Assembly: GCA_002269645.1 (NCBI GenBank)
Contig: NIVC01004845.1
Span: forward strand, 1 to 33,568
Source: Macrostomum lignano
Lineage: Eukaryota
Length of the DNA: 33,568 nt
Direction: 5' to 3'
Shown: in pieces, positions 24,273-33,568 of the stretch
Layout of the letters: every line of letters begins with the position of its first letter
How positions within the stretch are numbered: position 1 is the first letter of the stretch
Position numbers and translations under genes: made by a program
The notes under the pieces: model-generated
Seen by the model: only the letters and a program-made list of their open reading frames with translations
The model's database searches: none
Told to the model about the DNA's origin: nothing

Positions 24273-24480
24273 GGGGTTGTAGCCTAGTGGTCAGAGCGTC
24301 GGACTGACGACTGGAAGGTCGGGGGTTCGATTCTCGACCCACTCGGAAAAATTTGTGTCCTTGAGCAAGACACTTGACTCTGCATTGCTGTTCTCAGCTG
24401 TAAAATGGGGCTGGGGTAATTGAGGGTGTGTGGCTATTAGGGCAGGTGTATTCAATTATTATTATTATTAATAATAATGT
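24273..24480 (+). mobile_element. Third copy of the tRNA/CORE-like SINE with an internal deletion
   Basis: Head and core intact; jumps from GTGTGTGGC directly to ATTAGGGCAGGTGT and the (ATT)n tail. Confidence 0.8.
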
Positions 24481-24534
24481 TATTATTATTGTAGTCTCTT
24501 CAATTGTAACTCCTGCGTACGAGCTACGCCACTG

Positions 24535-25133
24535 GCCAGCACCAAGGGGCGCCAGCACCAAGGGGCGCCAGCACCAAGGGGCGCCAGCACCAAGGGGCGC
24601 CAGTCACCAAGGGGCGCCAGTCACCAAGGGGCGCCAGTCACCAAGTGGCGCCAGCACCAAGGGGCGCCAGCACCAAGGGCGCCAGCACCAAGGGGCGCCA
24701 GCACCAAGGAGCGCCAGCACCAAGGGGCGCCAGCACCAAGGGGCGCCAGCACCAAGGGGCGCCAGCACCAAGGGGCGCCAGCACCAAGGGGCGCCAGCAC
24801 CAAGGGGCGCCAGCACCAAGGGGCGCCAGCACCAAGGGGCGCCAGCACCAAGGGGCGCCAGCACCAAGGGGCGCCAGCACCAAGGAGCGCCAGCACCAAG
24901 GGCGCCAGCACCAAGGGGCGCCAGCACCAAGGGGCGCCAGCACCAAGGGGCGCCAGCACCAAGGAGCGCCAGCACCAAGGGGCGCCAGCACCAAGGGGCG
25001 CCAGCACCAAGGGGCGCCAGCACCAAGGGGCGCCAGCACCAAGGGCGCCAGCACCAAGGGGCGCCAGCACCAAGGGGCGCCAGCACCAAGGGGCGCCAGC
25101 ACCAAGGGGCGCCAGCACCAAGGGGCGCCAGCC
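24535..25133. repeat. 16 bp minisatellite (CCAGCACCAAGGGGCG)
   Basis: Direct tandem copies; 16-aa periodic ORFs in the track. Confidence 0.97.
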
Positions 25134-25206
25134 AGACACATTTTTTGCAAGACATGCAAGTGAAAAACGGCCTCTAAAAACTGAAGCACTTAAACAAATT
25201 TCTCAC

Positions 25207-25326
25207 CTAGGAAAGTCGACCATAGCAAGAGAGGCAGACGTGGCTTCAGAAGAGTTCTTCTGCTCTTGCTGCTCCTGCTGCTGCAGTTCCGGAGCCTGCG
25301 TTGTGGCTATGATGCGCGGCTTCATA
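25207..25326 (-). CDS. Tentative upstream exon (MKPRIIATTQAPELQQQEQQEQKNSSEATSASLAMVDFPR)
   Basis: Acceptor aaatctcag, donor ag|gtgag, 120 nt, phase 2/2, open frame with a polyQ/E stretch like the other exons. Assignment to the ZU5 gene is inferred from strand and phase. Confidence 0.5.
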
Positions 25327-25712
25327 CTGAGATTTACCAAGCCTGGTTACTAAACAAGCCGAGTCCCTGCTTTTCTGAGCTGCTGGAAACTAGTTTAATA
25401 CTGAGCTGGAAATATCCAGAGCTTTAGTAGAAGAAAACTTTCTTCTTCAAGCCAAACAAGTTTTGACTCTTGTCGCCCTGAGCACACAATATACAGGTAA
25501 AATGCTCATAGCACAAGGCTTCGAAACCATTATAATGGCTGACCTGAGAGCAGTGTGGACTCAAGGTCTGATTTCGACTGACCAATACACACACACGCAG
25601 CAGAGACCTACGGGACTCCTGCAGCCTATGCGACAGAAATGGATTGATAATAATTTAAGACCCGACCGTGGACTTCTTGGCGAAGAATTTGGAAAGCGCG
25701 GAAACCACTTAC

Positions 25713-25774
25713 TCAGTTTCCGGCCAATGAGAGGCGACTGCTACGAGTACTGCTAATTCATCATCAACAGAATC
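25713..25774 (-). CDS. Tentative upstream exon (DSVDDELAVLVAVASHWPET)
   Basis: Acceptor ccttgtcgcag, donor ga|gtaagt; phase-2 exit matches exon 25326. Confidence 0.45.
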
Positions 25775-25813
25775 CTGCGACAAGGAACCATTTGTAAAGT
25801 TTGTTTGAGTTTG

Positions 25814-26082
25814 AGCAACTGAGGATCTGAGAGGCTGGCCCAGCAACTGAGGATCTGAGAGGCTGGCCCAGCAACTGAGGATCTGAGAGGCTGGCCCAGC
25901 AATTGAGGATCTGAGAGGCTGGCCCAGCAACTGAGGATCTGAGAGGCTGGCCCAGCAACTGAGGATCTGAGAGGCTGGCCCAGCAACTGAGGATCTGAGA
26001 GGCTGGCCCAGCAACTGAGGATCTGAGAGGCTGGCCCAGCAACTGAGGATCTGAGAGGCTGGCCCAGCAACTGAGGATTTGG
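25814..26082. repeat. 28 bp minisatellite array A (CAGCAACTGAGGATCTGAGAGGCTGGCC)
   Basis: About 9 tandem copies. Confidence 0.96.
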
Positions 26083-26796
26083 GAGTTGGTGCCCACAGAT
26101 ACTGGGCAACACTACAAGCGAAATATAGAAGACAAAGGCAAAGGCATTTCCCAATCCAGACTATATATATAACTCCGGATTCCTTGACCCTGGCCCCATC
26201 TCTCCTCCCCTCCGCGTGACGGCAAGAATTTTGGATTTTTGCAACTCTCCATTCCACCCAGCAGGCCAGCGATAAAAAAGTTTGCCAAGCGCAGACTTTG
26301 TACACTCTGATGGTGGCTCTTTTGTAAGCCACGAGCCCGCCTTTCCGTCCCTGCCCATGCGCCGCATGGCATGCAGAGAGACATCTGATGTTTGCAAGCT
26401 GCCTGGCATTCCAGCCCGCCTATGCATTTGAGCAAACAGTGACAGCATTGTATTAATATATATGAATAGATGAACTTATTACTATTCAAGCCCAAGCAGA
26501 AACTAACTGGCCATAAATCTCCGGCGAGATTTCCCGTTCGCAATTTCACGGCTACGTAGGTGGGGACTGGCGCCAACTGACTGTACTTGAGTAATGCAAT
26601 TAGTTCGATTGTGTGACGCAAAGAAATTTGTGCAGCTGATTAACTCTATTTACCTCTTGATCTTCAATATGCAATGTAGAGATTCATTCAGAGACCATAG
26701 AGATAATTATGAAATAATTATTCATTCAATCGATGAACAAGGAATGCGATTGATTAAATGTGAGGTTGGCATGCGATGACAGTGACTGACTGGGGT

Positions 26797-27435
26797 GGCT
26801 GGCCCAGCAACTGGGGATCTGGGAGGCTGGCCCAGCAACTGGGGATCTGGGAGGCTGGCCCAGCAACTGGGGATCTGGGAGGCTGGCCCAGCAACTGAGG
26901 ATCTGGGAGGCTGGCCTAGCAACTGAGGATCTGGGAGGCTGGCCCAGCAACTGAGGATCTGGGAGGCTGGCCCAGCAACTGAGGATTTGGGAGGCTGGCC
27001 CAGCAACTGACACTCTGGGAGCCTGGCCCAGCAACTGAGGATCTGGGAGGCTGGCCCAGCAACTGAGGATTTGGGAGGCTGGCCCAGCAACTGACACTCT
27101 GGGAGCCTGGCCCAGCAACTGAGGATCTGGGAGGCTGGCCCAGCAACTGAGGATCTGAGAGGCTGACCCAGCAACTGAGGATCTGGGAGGCTGGTCCAGC
27201 AACTGAGGATCTGGGAGGCTGGCCCAGCAACTGAGGATTTGGGAGGCTGGCCCAGCAACTGACACTCTGGGAGGCTGGCCCAGCAACTGAGGATCTGGGA
27301 GGCTGGCCCAGCAACTGACACTCTGGGAGGCTGGTCCAGCAACTGAGGATCTGGGAGGCTGGCCCAGCAACTGAGGATCTGGGAGGCTGGCCCAGCAACT
27401 GAGGATCTGGGAGGCTGGCCCAGCAACTGGGGATC
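26797..27435. repeat. 28 bp minisatellite array B (CAGCAACTGAGGATCTGGGAGGCTGGCC), same family as array A
   Basis: About 23 tandem copies with variants. Confidence 0.96.
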
Positions 27436-27906
27436 TGATGGCAACAATCCAAAGATATAGTATGAGCTGTACAAATAAAGAACGAACAGCAAAATTTCCG
27501 AAAGCCTCCACAAGTAGATTTACTACTAGATTTGCTGTCCGCACAGCTAACATTAAGACATTTCTCAGAGAATGGGGGAACACAGTATATTTTGCAGCGC
27601 CATCATATTAATTGAAAATGAATTGAAGTTCGCAGGAGAGTAGCTATTATTTTGACTTCATATTAGAAAGGTTGCCGGGTTTCGCCAATATACAGGCGGA
27701 AAACAAACTATACTACTAACTACAAGAATACGAGTAGGGGCAGAATGGGATTTATTGAATTTTTCAAAAGTGAGCTGATTTAAAACAAGTCTGCAATGAT
27801 AATTATAAATTGTAGATGTTCTAATGTTTTGTTGTTGTTATTTTATTCTATTCTCGAGTCAGACCGCTAGCCAGTTTCCCTGTTTTGTAATTAGGGCTTT
27901 GTTTTA

Positions 27907-28284
27907 TCACTCGTCACTCTCAGGCGGCGGGTACACCTGAGGGTGCTTCTGGAACAGGTACTCGAACAGCGGCTGCTTGCCGTCTCCCCAAGGGAAAGGC
28001 TTGGTGATTTTATTCCACTCCCAGTTCGGGAGGGCCGGCCCGTCCGGGTGCGACTCGTGGAACTCGTGCTCCCGAGTCTCCATGTTGTAGAGGCCGAAAA
28101 TCAGGCAGGGCAGGGCGGCCACGAAGGTCAGGGCGCTCCACATCTTGGCGGTGTTCTCGTAGCTCTTCACCTCCGCCTCGGTGCGGATGTAGTGGTGGCT
28201 CAGCCGGGCCTGCTGGGCGGCGGCCGAGCGCACGAGGCGAGCGGCGGTGAGAAGCTTCAGCGACTGCATCATGAGTGCGGGCAT
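27907..28284 (-). CDS. COX6A: Cytochrome c oxidase subunit 6A, mitochondrial precursor (intronless CDS)
   Basis: Basic, Ala-rich presequence; W..LTFVAALPCL TM helix; KPFPWGDG signature; AATAAA on minus strand at 27842-27847. The true start may be the MM about 4 codons downstream. Confidence 0.93.
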   Translation of the reverse strand: MPALMMQSLKLLTAARLVRSAAAQQARLSHHYIRTEAEVKSYENTAKMWSALTFVAALPCLIFGLYNMETREHEFHESHPDGPALPNWEWNKITKPFPWGDGKQPLFEYLFQKHPQVYPPPESDE

Positions 28285-28321
28285 GCAAGCATTGGGGTTG
28301 GTGTTCTGAGAATCTGGACTC

Positions 28322-28772
28322 GGTGACTCACTGACCCAGGAATCTGATGGACTCTGACTCCCTGACCCAGGAATCTGATGGACTCTGACTCCCTGACCCA
28401 GGAATCCGAGGGACTCTGTGACTCCCTGACCCAGGAATCTGATGGACTCTGACTCCCTGACCCAGGAATCCGAGGGACTCTGTGACTCCCTGACCCAGAA
28501 ATCCGAGGGACTCTGTGACTCACTGACCCAGGAATCCGAGGGACTCTGTGACTCCCTGACCCATTAATCTGAGGGACTCTGTGACTCACTGACCCATTAA
28601 TCTGAGGGACTCTGTGACTCACTGACCCATTAATCTGAGGGACTCTGTGACTCACTGACCCATTAATCTGAGGGACTCTGTGACTCACTGACCCAGGAAT
28701 CTGATGCTCTGTGACTCACTGACCCAGGAATCTGAGGGACTCTGTGACTCACTGACCCAGGAATCTGAGGGA
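28322..28772. repeat. 30-33 bp minisatellite (TGACTCACTGACCCAGGAATCTGAGGGACTCTG) just upstream of COX6A
   Basis: Direct tandem copies. Confidence 0.93.
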
Positions 28773-29359
28773 CAAAAAGTCACTAAAACCAACGAAGCCA
28801 GTGAAATAAAATCGGTAGAAGCTAAAGCAAGCAAACATGAGGAATAATAGTTAAGCACCAAGTCAATGTGTTGTTTTGGAAAAATTTTTCATTAACAGGT
28901 GGTATAAAAAATAGCAATACTTCACTGACTATAATGAGATGTGCATTGAAGCTGTTGTAACAAAATATAAATTTTACAGAAATAAAATGCTATACTTGAA
29001 CGTATTTAGCATACAAACGGAGTTGTAAAAACACTCAAAAAATAAAAGCTGACCTATGCAAAAAATGCTGCACACCTACAGACTGTATCGTTAATATTTA
29101 ACTAATTAAAAGCACATTAACTAACTTTGCAAAGGATATAAACATTAATATTGACGGAAAATGGTTAAAATGTATGCCCAATCAAATATACTGCCATTAC
29201 TACTGATTGACACATGTGCAGGAAAAAGACAGATTTTATAATGGTTTGGACATTGTGAACTCATATAAACATAAGAAACTCACTTAGCACTTGTGAAACG
29301 TCCGTGCAGTTAAATAATAAATTTGCTAAAATTATTCGAGCGAAATTTTGTGCGTCGAA

Positions 29360-29860
29360 AATGTACATTGAGCCAGTCTAACTGATAATATTTAAAATCT
29401 CTGCCCCCAATGTACATTCAGCCAGCCTAACTGATAATATTTAAAATCTCTGCCCCCAATGTACATTCAGCCAGCCTAACTGATAATATTTAAAATCTCT
29501 GCCCCAATGTACATTCAGCCAGCCTAACTGATAATATTTAAAATCTCTGCCCCAAACGTACATTGAGCCAGCCTAACTGATAATATTTAAAATATCTGCC
29601 CCCAATGTACATTCAGCCAGCCTAACTGATAATATTTAAAATCTCTGCCCCAATGTACATTCATCCAGCCTAACTGATAATATTTAAAATCTCTGCCCCA
29701 AACGTACATTGAGCCAGCCTAACTGATGATATTTAAAATCTCTGCCAATGTACGTTCAGCCAGCCCAACTGATAATATTTAAAATCTCTGCCCCCAATGT
29801 ACATTCGGCCAGCCCAACTGATGATATTTAAAATCTCTGCCCCAATGTACATTCAGACAA
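29360..29860. repeat. 48-49 bp minisatellite (AATGTACATTCAGCCAGCCTAACTGATAATATTTAAAATCTCTGCCCC), about 10 copies
   Basis: Direct tandem copies. Confidence 0.95.
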
Positions 29861-29952
29861 CTAAACTGGAGAACAGCTTCTCTGCCCTAATCTACACTTA
29901 GTCATACTAACAGTGCAAAAACAAGCAATTTTAATTAGTCAATTAAGCGAAG

Positions 29953-32900
29953 TCAGTCGTTCTCGACAGCCGGCTCGGATCCCAGTCCCAGGCCCCAGTT
30001 GCGCAGCTGCTGCATGGCGGCATTCAAAGCGGCGCACCAAACCAGCCGTTGATCGCGATATTCGCAGTTCAACAGCAGCAAATTGTCCGTCTGAGAGGCG
30101 CTACCTGCCAGACGCAAGCTGAGCGTGTGCCGACGAACGCAGACCTCCTCGGCGCGAGGCCGACAGTCTGGTCAGAAGGGCAGCGGGTCAGATCTACCGA
30201 CTGCAGGCAGGGCAGGCCCTGTTCGCTGTCCTCAGGTTGGGACCAGGCCCGCAGCCGCTCCGGGGTCAGCACCGTCCACAGGCGGGCCCAGGCGGCCAGA
30301 TCGCCGACCACGCGGTGCCAGGACACGTAGCCGGACAGGCTGGCGCGCGGCGACGGCGTCACGCGGATCTGACAGCGAGCGGCCAGCTGGGTGGCCAGCG
30401 GACAGGCCGCTGTAGAAGCCGACGACGACGTTGTTGAAGGACGTCGCAGTGTCAGCAGCGACGCGGCGGCGGCGTCGGCCTCGGCAGTGGCACCGACGCT
30501 GTCGCGCAGTTGAAGACAAGTTTCGCCGACTAGCTGGAATCCGGCAGCTTCAGCTTGTTCAAGACTGGCCAGCATCGAGGCGGCGGTGGCAGATGCGCCA
30601 GCTGACGCGGAGTTCTTTCCACCAATGAGGGCCGACTTGATGCTCGGCGAGCGGGACACGGCGCCGCTGTTGAACGAGAAATTCAATAGTCTACGACGCT
30701 TCACGTGCGACACGGCGGAGCCAGCGGCAGGGGAGGCGGCTGACAGCAGGCTGCCGGAGCCACTGCTGCTGGCAGGGTCGTCAAGAGCGGGCATCCAGTA
30801 GATGCTCAGCATGATCTGCGTTTGATTTTGGTGCCAAGTATAAATTATGCTTGATTTTTTCGCCAAAAATGAATTAGGCTTGATTTTGGCGCCAAGAATG
30901 AATGATGCTTGATTTTGACGCCAATAATTAATGATGCTTGATTTTTGGCGCCAAGAATGAATGATGCTTGATTTTTGGCGCCAATAATGAATAATGCTTG
31001 ATTTTTGGCGCCAAGAATGAATGATGCTTCATTTTGGCGCCAATAATTAATGATGCTTGATTTTTGGCGCCAAGAATGAATGATGCTTGATTTTGGCGCC
31101 AATAATTAATGATGCTTGTTTTGGCGCCAAGACTGAATGATACTCGATTTTTGGCGCCAAGAATGACTGATGCTTGTTTTGGCGCCAAGACTGAATGATA
31201 CTCGATTTTTGGCGCCAAGAATGAATGATGTTTGATTTTGGCGCCAAGAATGATTGCTAATATCAAGCTTTGCCTATCAATCAACTCACCTGAAAATTGT
31301 ACTTCAGCTGGTTGACGCTGACGCAGTTGGGAATCTCCAGCATCACGGGCTTTGAGGACACTGCATCGGGCAGCGTGGCCGACACCAGCTCCGTGGCAAT
31401 GACGCGGCCTTCTGGGCAGAGCAGCAGACAGGCGAAATGGTGACGCCAATGATGAGGCATCAGCGGCAGCTGGGTCAGGCTCAGGCGCAATCCGCTCACA
31501 GTCAGAGTGGCCAGCAGCTCAAAACTGGCGCCAATTGCGTGGGCGGAGGCAGCGGCCGCGGTTGACGACGAAGCCGAAGATGCGATTGAAACGGCGTCCT
31601 CGGCGGATTCCAGCTGCCGCAGCTGCTCCTTGAGGCGGGCGGCCTCGGCCAGGTAATGCCGCCTGCGCTCCCCGGCCAGCAGCAGGATGCGGCAGGTCTC
31701 CACGGACTGGGAGGCGGTGGTGCACAGTGGCCGGGCCTTGCTGGCCTGGCGGAGCACCTGATGTCGGGGAGCAGGAGATGGGAGATTGGGTGACTGAGTG
31801 ACTGAGATGCTGTGTGGGGTAGGTCGAGGCCTAGTGGTCTGGCCAGCGGCCCAGGCTCGATTCCAAGTGCAGTCAGTCACATTAATTTGCGGCTAAATTG
31901 GAATCTCGGCTTGGCTCTGCTCGTGCAATTAACACCCAGCTTGAGGGCCAATCCCCAAGGCACAGTGACGTGTACATGCCAACGATAAATAAAGTTAGGG
32001 CCGCTGTACACTCCTGTGTGAGTGTGTGCCTACTGCCTGCTCAGGGGAGTCGGCGGAATGGGCAGCAGTGCCTCTTGCCACTGACAATACAATCCAAGAC
32101 AGACAATGAGGGCCTTGCTTAAAGCCACTAACCGACTCCTCCAGCATGACCAGCTGCTCCAGTCGATCCAGTCGCTCTTTCAAGTCGCCAGTCAAAGCGA
32201 CACCCTCATCAGCGAGCTGAGAAGTCGGAGATGTCGGGCCTCGAGTTGGAGCGGACTCCCACTGGGTGAGCAGGGCCTGCTGACTCTGACGATACTGCTC
32301 GATGGTGATTGGCGGCGTGCGACTGGGAGACACCGTCTGCTTGCAGGGCGAACGAAAGTCGTGCTGCGGAGTAGGTTGCTGCTGCTGCTGCTGGAAGCTG
32401 GAGATGTCTTCCCGCTTCAAGGCTCGGATCGCCCTGTAATGAGTTGATTTGGAGCTCACATTGTGCATGTGCTGACTCATGTCTTGGAAAGCGGATTCTG
32501 ACACTCAATGAGCCACTGGAGTCTCTTCTCTGACTCATCGACAGAGTCTGACTCTCGCCTCTGACTCTCATCAGCAGATTCTTACTCTCGCCTCTGATTC
32601 TCATCAGCAGATTCTTACTCTCGCCTCTGACTCTCATCAGCAGATTCTTACTCTCGCCTCTGACTCTCATCAGCAGATTCTGACTCTCCTCTGACTCTCC
32701 TTAGCAGAATCTGACTCTTCCCTCTGACTCATCAGCAGATTCTGATTCTCCCCTCTGACTCCCATCAGCAGATTCTTACACTCCCCTCTTGACTATCATC
32801 TGCAGATTCTGACTCTCCTCTGACTCTCCTCAGCAGAATCTGACTCTTCCCTCTGACTCATCAGCAGATTCTGACACTTAATGGGCCACTGCTGACACTT

Positions 32901-33568
32901 TTTTGAATCATTGGCGGATTCCGACTGAAAATATGCTGTGTCCATCGAATTAAGAGTATCTAAACTATAGGTACGATGCCTCATCATAATTCACCTATTC
33001 TCAGGCGTTCGAGTCTCCACAGATTCAGCTTCCATGGGACGAAGAGGCGGCAAAACGGCTGGCGATTTTTCCACCAGACTATTAGCATCACCGGCGCAGA
33101 AAACGTTGGGCATTTCTGTCATCAGCATCCGTCGAAGGAGCCAGACGAGTCGCTTCGTTGGCGATCTTTGACAACACCGTCGCCGACAACTTCGAGGTCT
33201 GCCTCTTGGCTCTTAGTCGTTGAAGCGGCTGTCTCGCCAGCTTCAGTAGCACCAGCAATAGCATCCATTGGTTCATTGTCAACCTTCTCAGCGGCTTCAG
33301 ACTCTTCTTCTATCGGTTCAGTAACATCAGGCTCTTCATCATTCTTAACCTTATCAGCAGCTTCAGACTCTTCTTCTATCGGTTCAGTAACACCAGGCTC
33401 TTCATCATTTTTAACCTTCTCAGCGTCAGACTCTTCTATCGGTTCAGTAAGATCAGGCTCTTCATCATTCTTAACCTCAGCGGCTTCAGGCTCTTCTATT
33501 AGTTCAGTAACATCATGCTCTTCATCATTCTCAACCTTCTCAGCAGCTTCAGAATCTTCTGTTGGTTT
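29953..33568 (-). CDS. ANLN: Anillin-like protein, 3' part (acidic repeats, RBD, anillin-homology/C2 domain, PH domain); 5' end lies outside the window
   Basis: Exons >33568-32995, 32433-32133, 31757-31290 and 30815-29953, with matching phases (2,0,0). RBD-like LEESVLRQASKA...VETCRILLLAGERRRHYLAE; AHD TLTVSGLRLSL...HHFACLL...YNFQIMLSIYW...GFQLVG; PH SGYVSW...AAWARLWTVL...W..PED...RRHTLSL...QRLVWCAALN..LRNW. Needs +1 nt near 33130 and near 30153. Confidence 0.85.
30828..31255. repeat. About 30-32 bp minisatellite (TTTTGGCGCCAAGAATGAATGATGCTTGAT) filling an anillin intron
   Basis: Direct tandem copies between exons 31290 and 30815. Confidence 0.93.
32535..32880. repeat. About 33 bp degenerate minisatellite (CTCTCATCAGCAGATTCTTACTCTCGCCTCTGA) in an anillin intron
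   Basis: Direct tandem copies. Confidence 0.88.
33270..33568 (-). repeat. Coding tandem repeat of about 21-23 aa (KNDEEPDVTEPIEEESEAAEKV), at least 4 copies
   Basis: Open frame on the minus strand; indels between copies are multiples of 3. Confidence 0.9.

Noticed and set aside
24428-27583. 100-285 aa ORFs over the 16 bp and 28 bp arrays
   Set aside because: Open in several frames and on both strands because the units lack stop codons; periodic sequences with no domain.
22693-29860. Regular 28-49 bp arrays as CRISPR
   Set aside because: Units are directly adjacent with no unique spacers, the context is eukaryotic, and there are no cas genes.

Overview
Eukaryotic (animal) genomic DNA: GC-rich exons separated by introns that are mostly minisatellite arrays. 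This style suggests a flatworm such as Macrostomum, which is inference only. Splice-aware reading of both strands gives five main genes. (1) A 5-exon DEG/ENaC channel with a FaNaC-like TM2 (+, about 3921-9054). (2) An unrecognised 3-exon gene of about 800 aa (+, 10274/10317-13711). (3) A ZU5-ZU5-UPA-death-domain gene resembling DTHD1/PIDD (-, 15380-20389, with probable further 5' exons up to about 25774). (4) An intronless COX6A (-, 27907-28284). (5) The 3' part of an anillin-like gene (-, 29953 to beyond the window end). There is also a weak small spliced gene candidate at 721/847-1671, three copies of a tRNA-headed CORE-like SINE, and more than 20 distinct tandem repeats. Exon phases chain correctly only if single bases are added at several GG/CC or homopolymer sites, most likely long-read consensus errors. 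Most long ORFs in the supplied track are translations of repeats. No prokaryotic system, CRISPR array or autonomous transposon is evident. The most unusual signals are in repeat/intron architecture, especially one intron built entirely from tandem GT...CTAACAG units.
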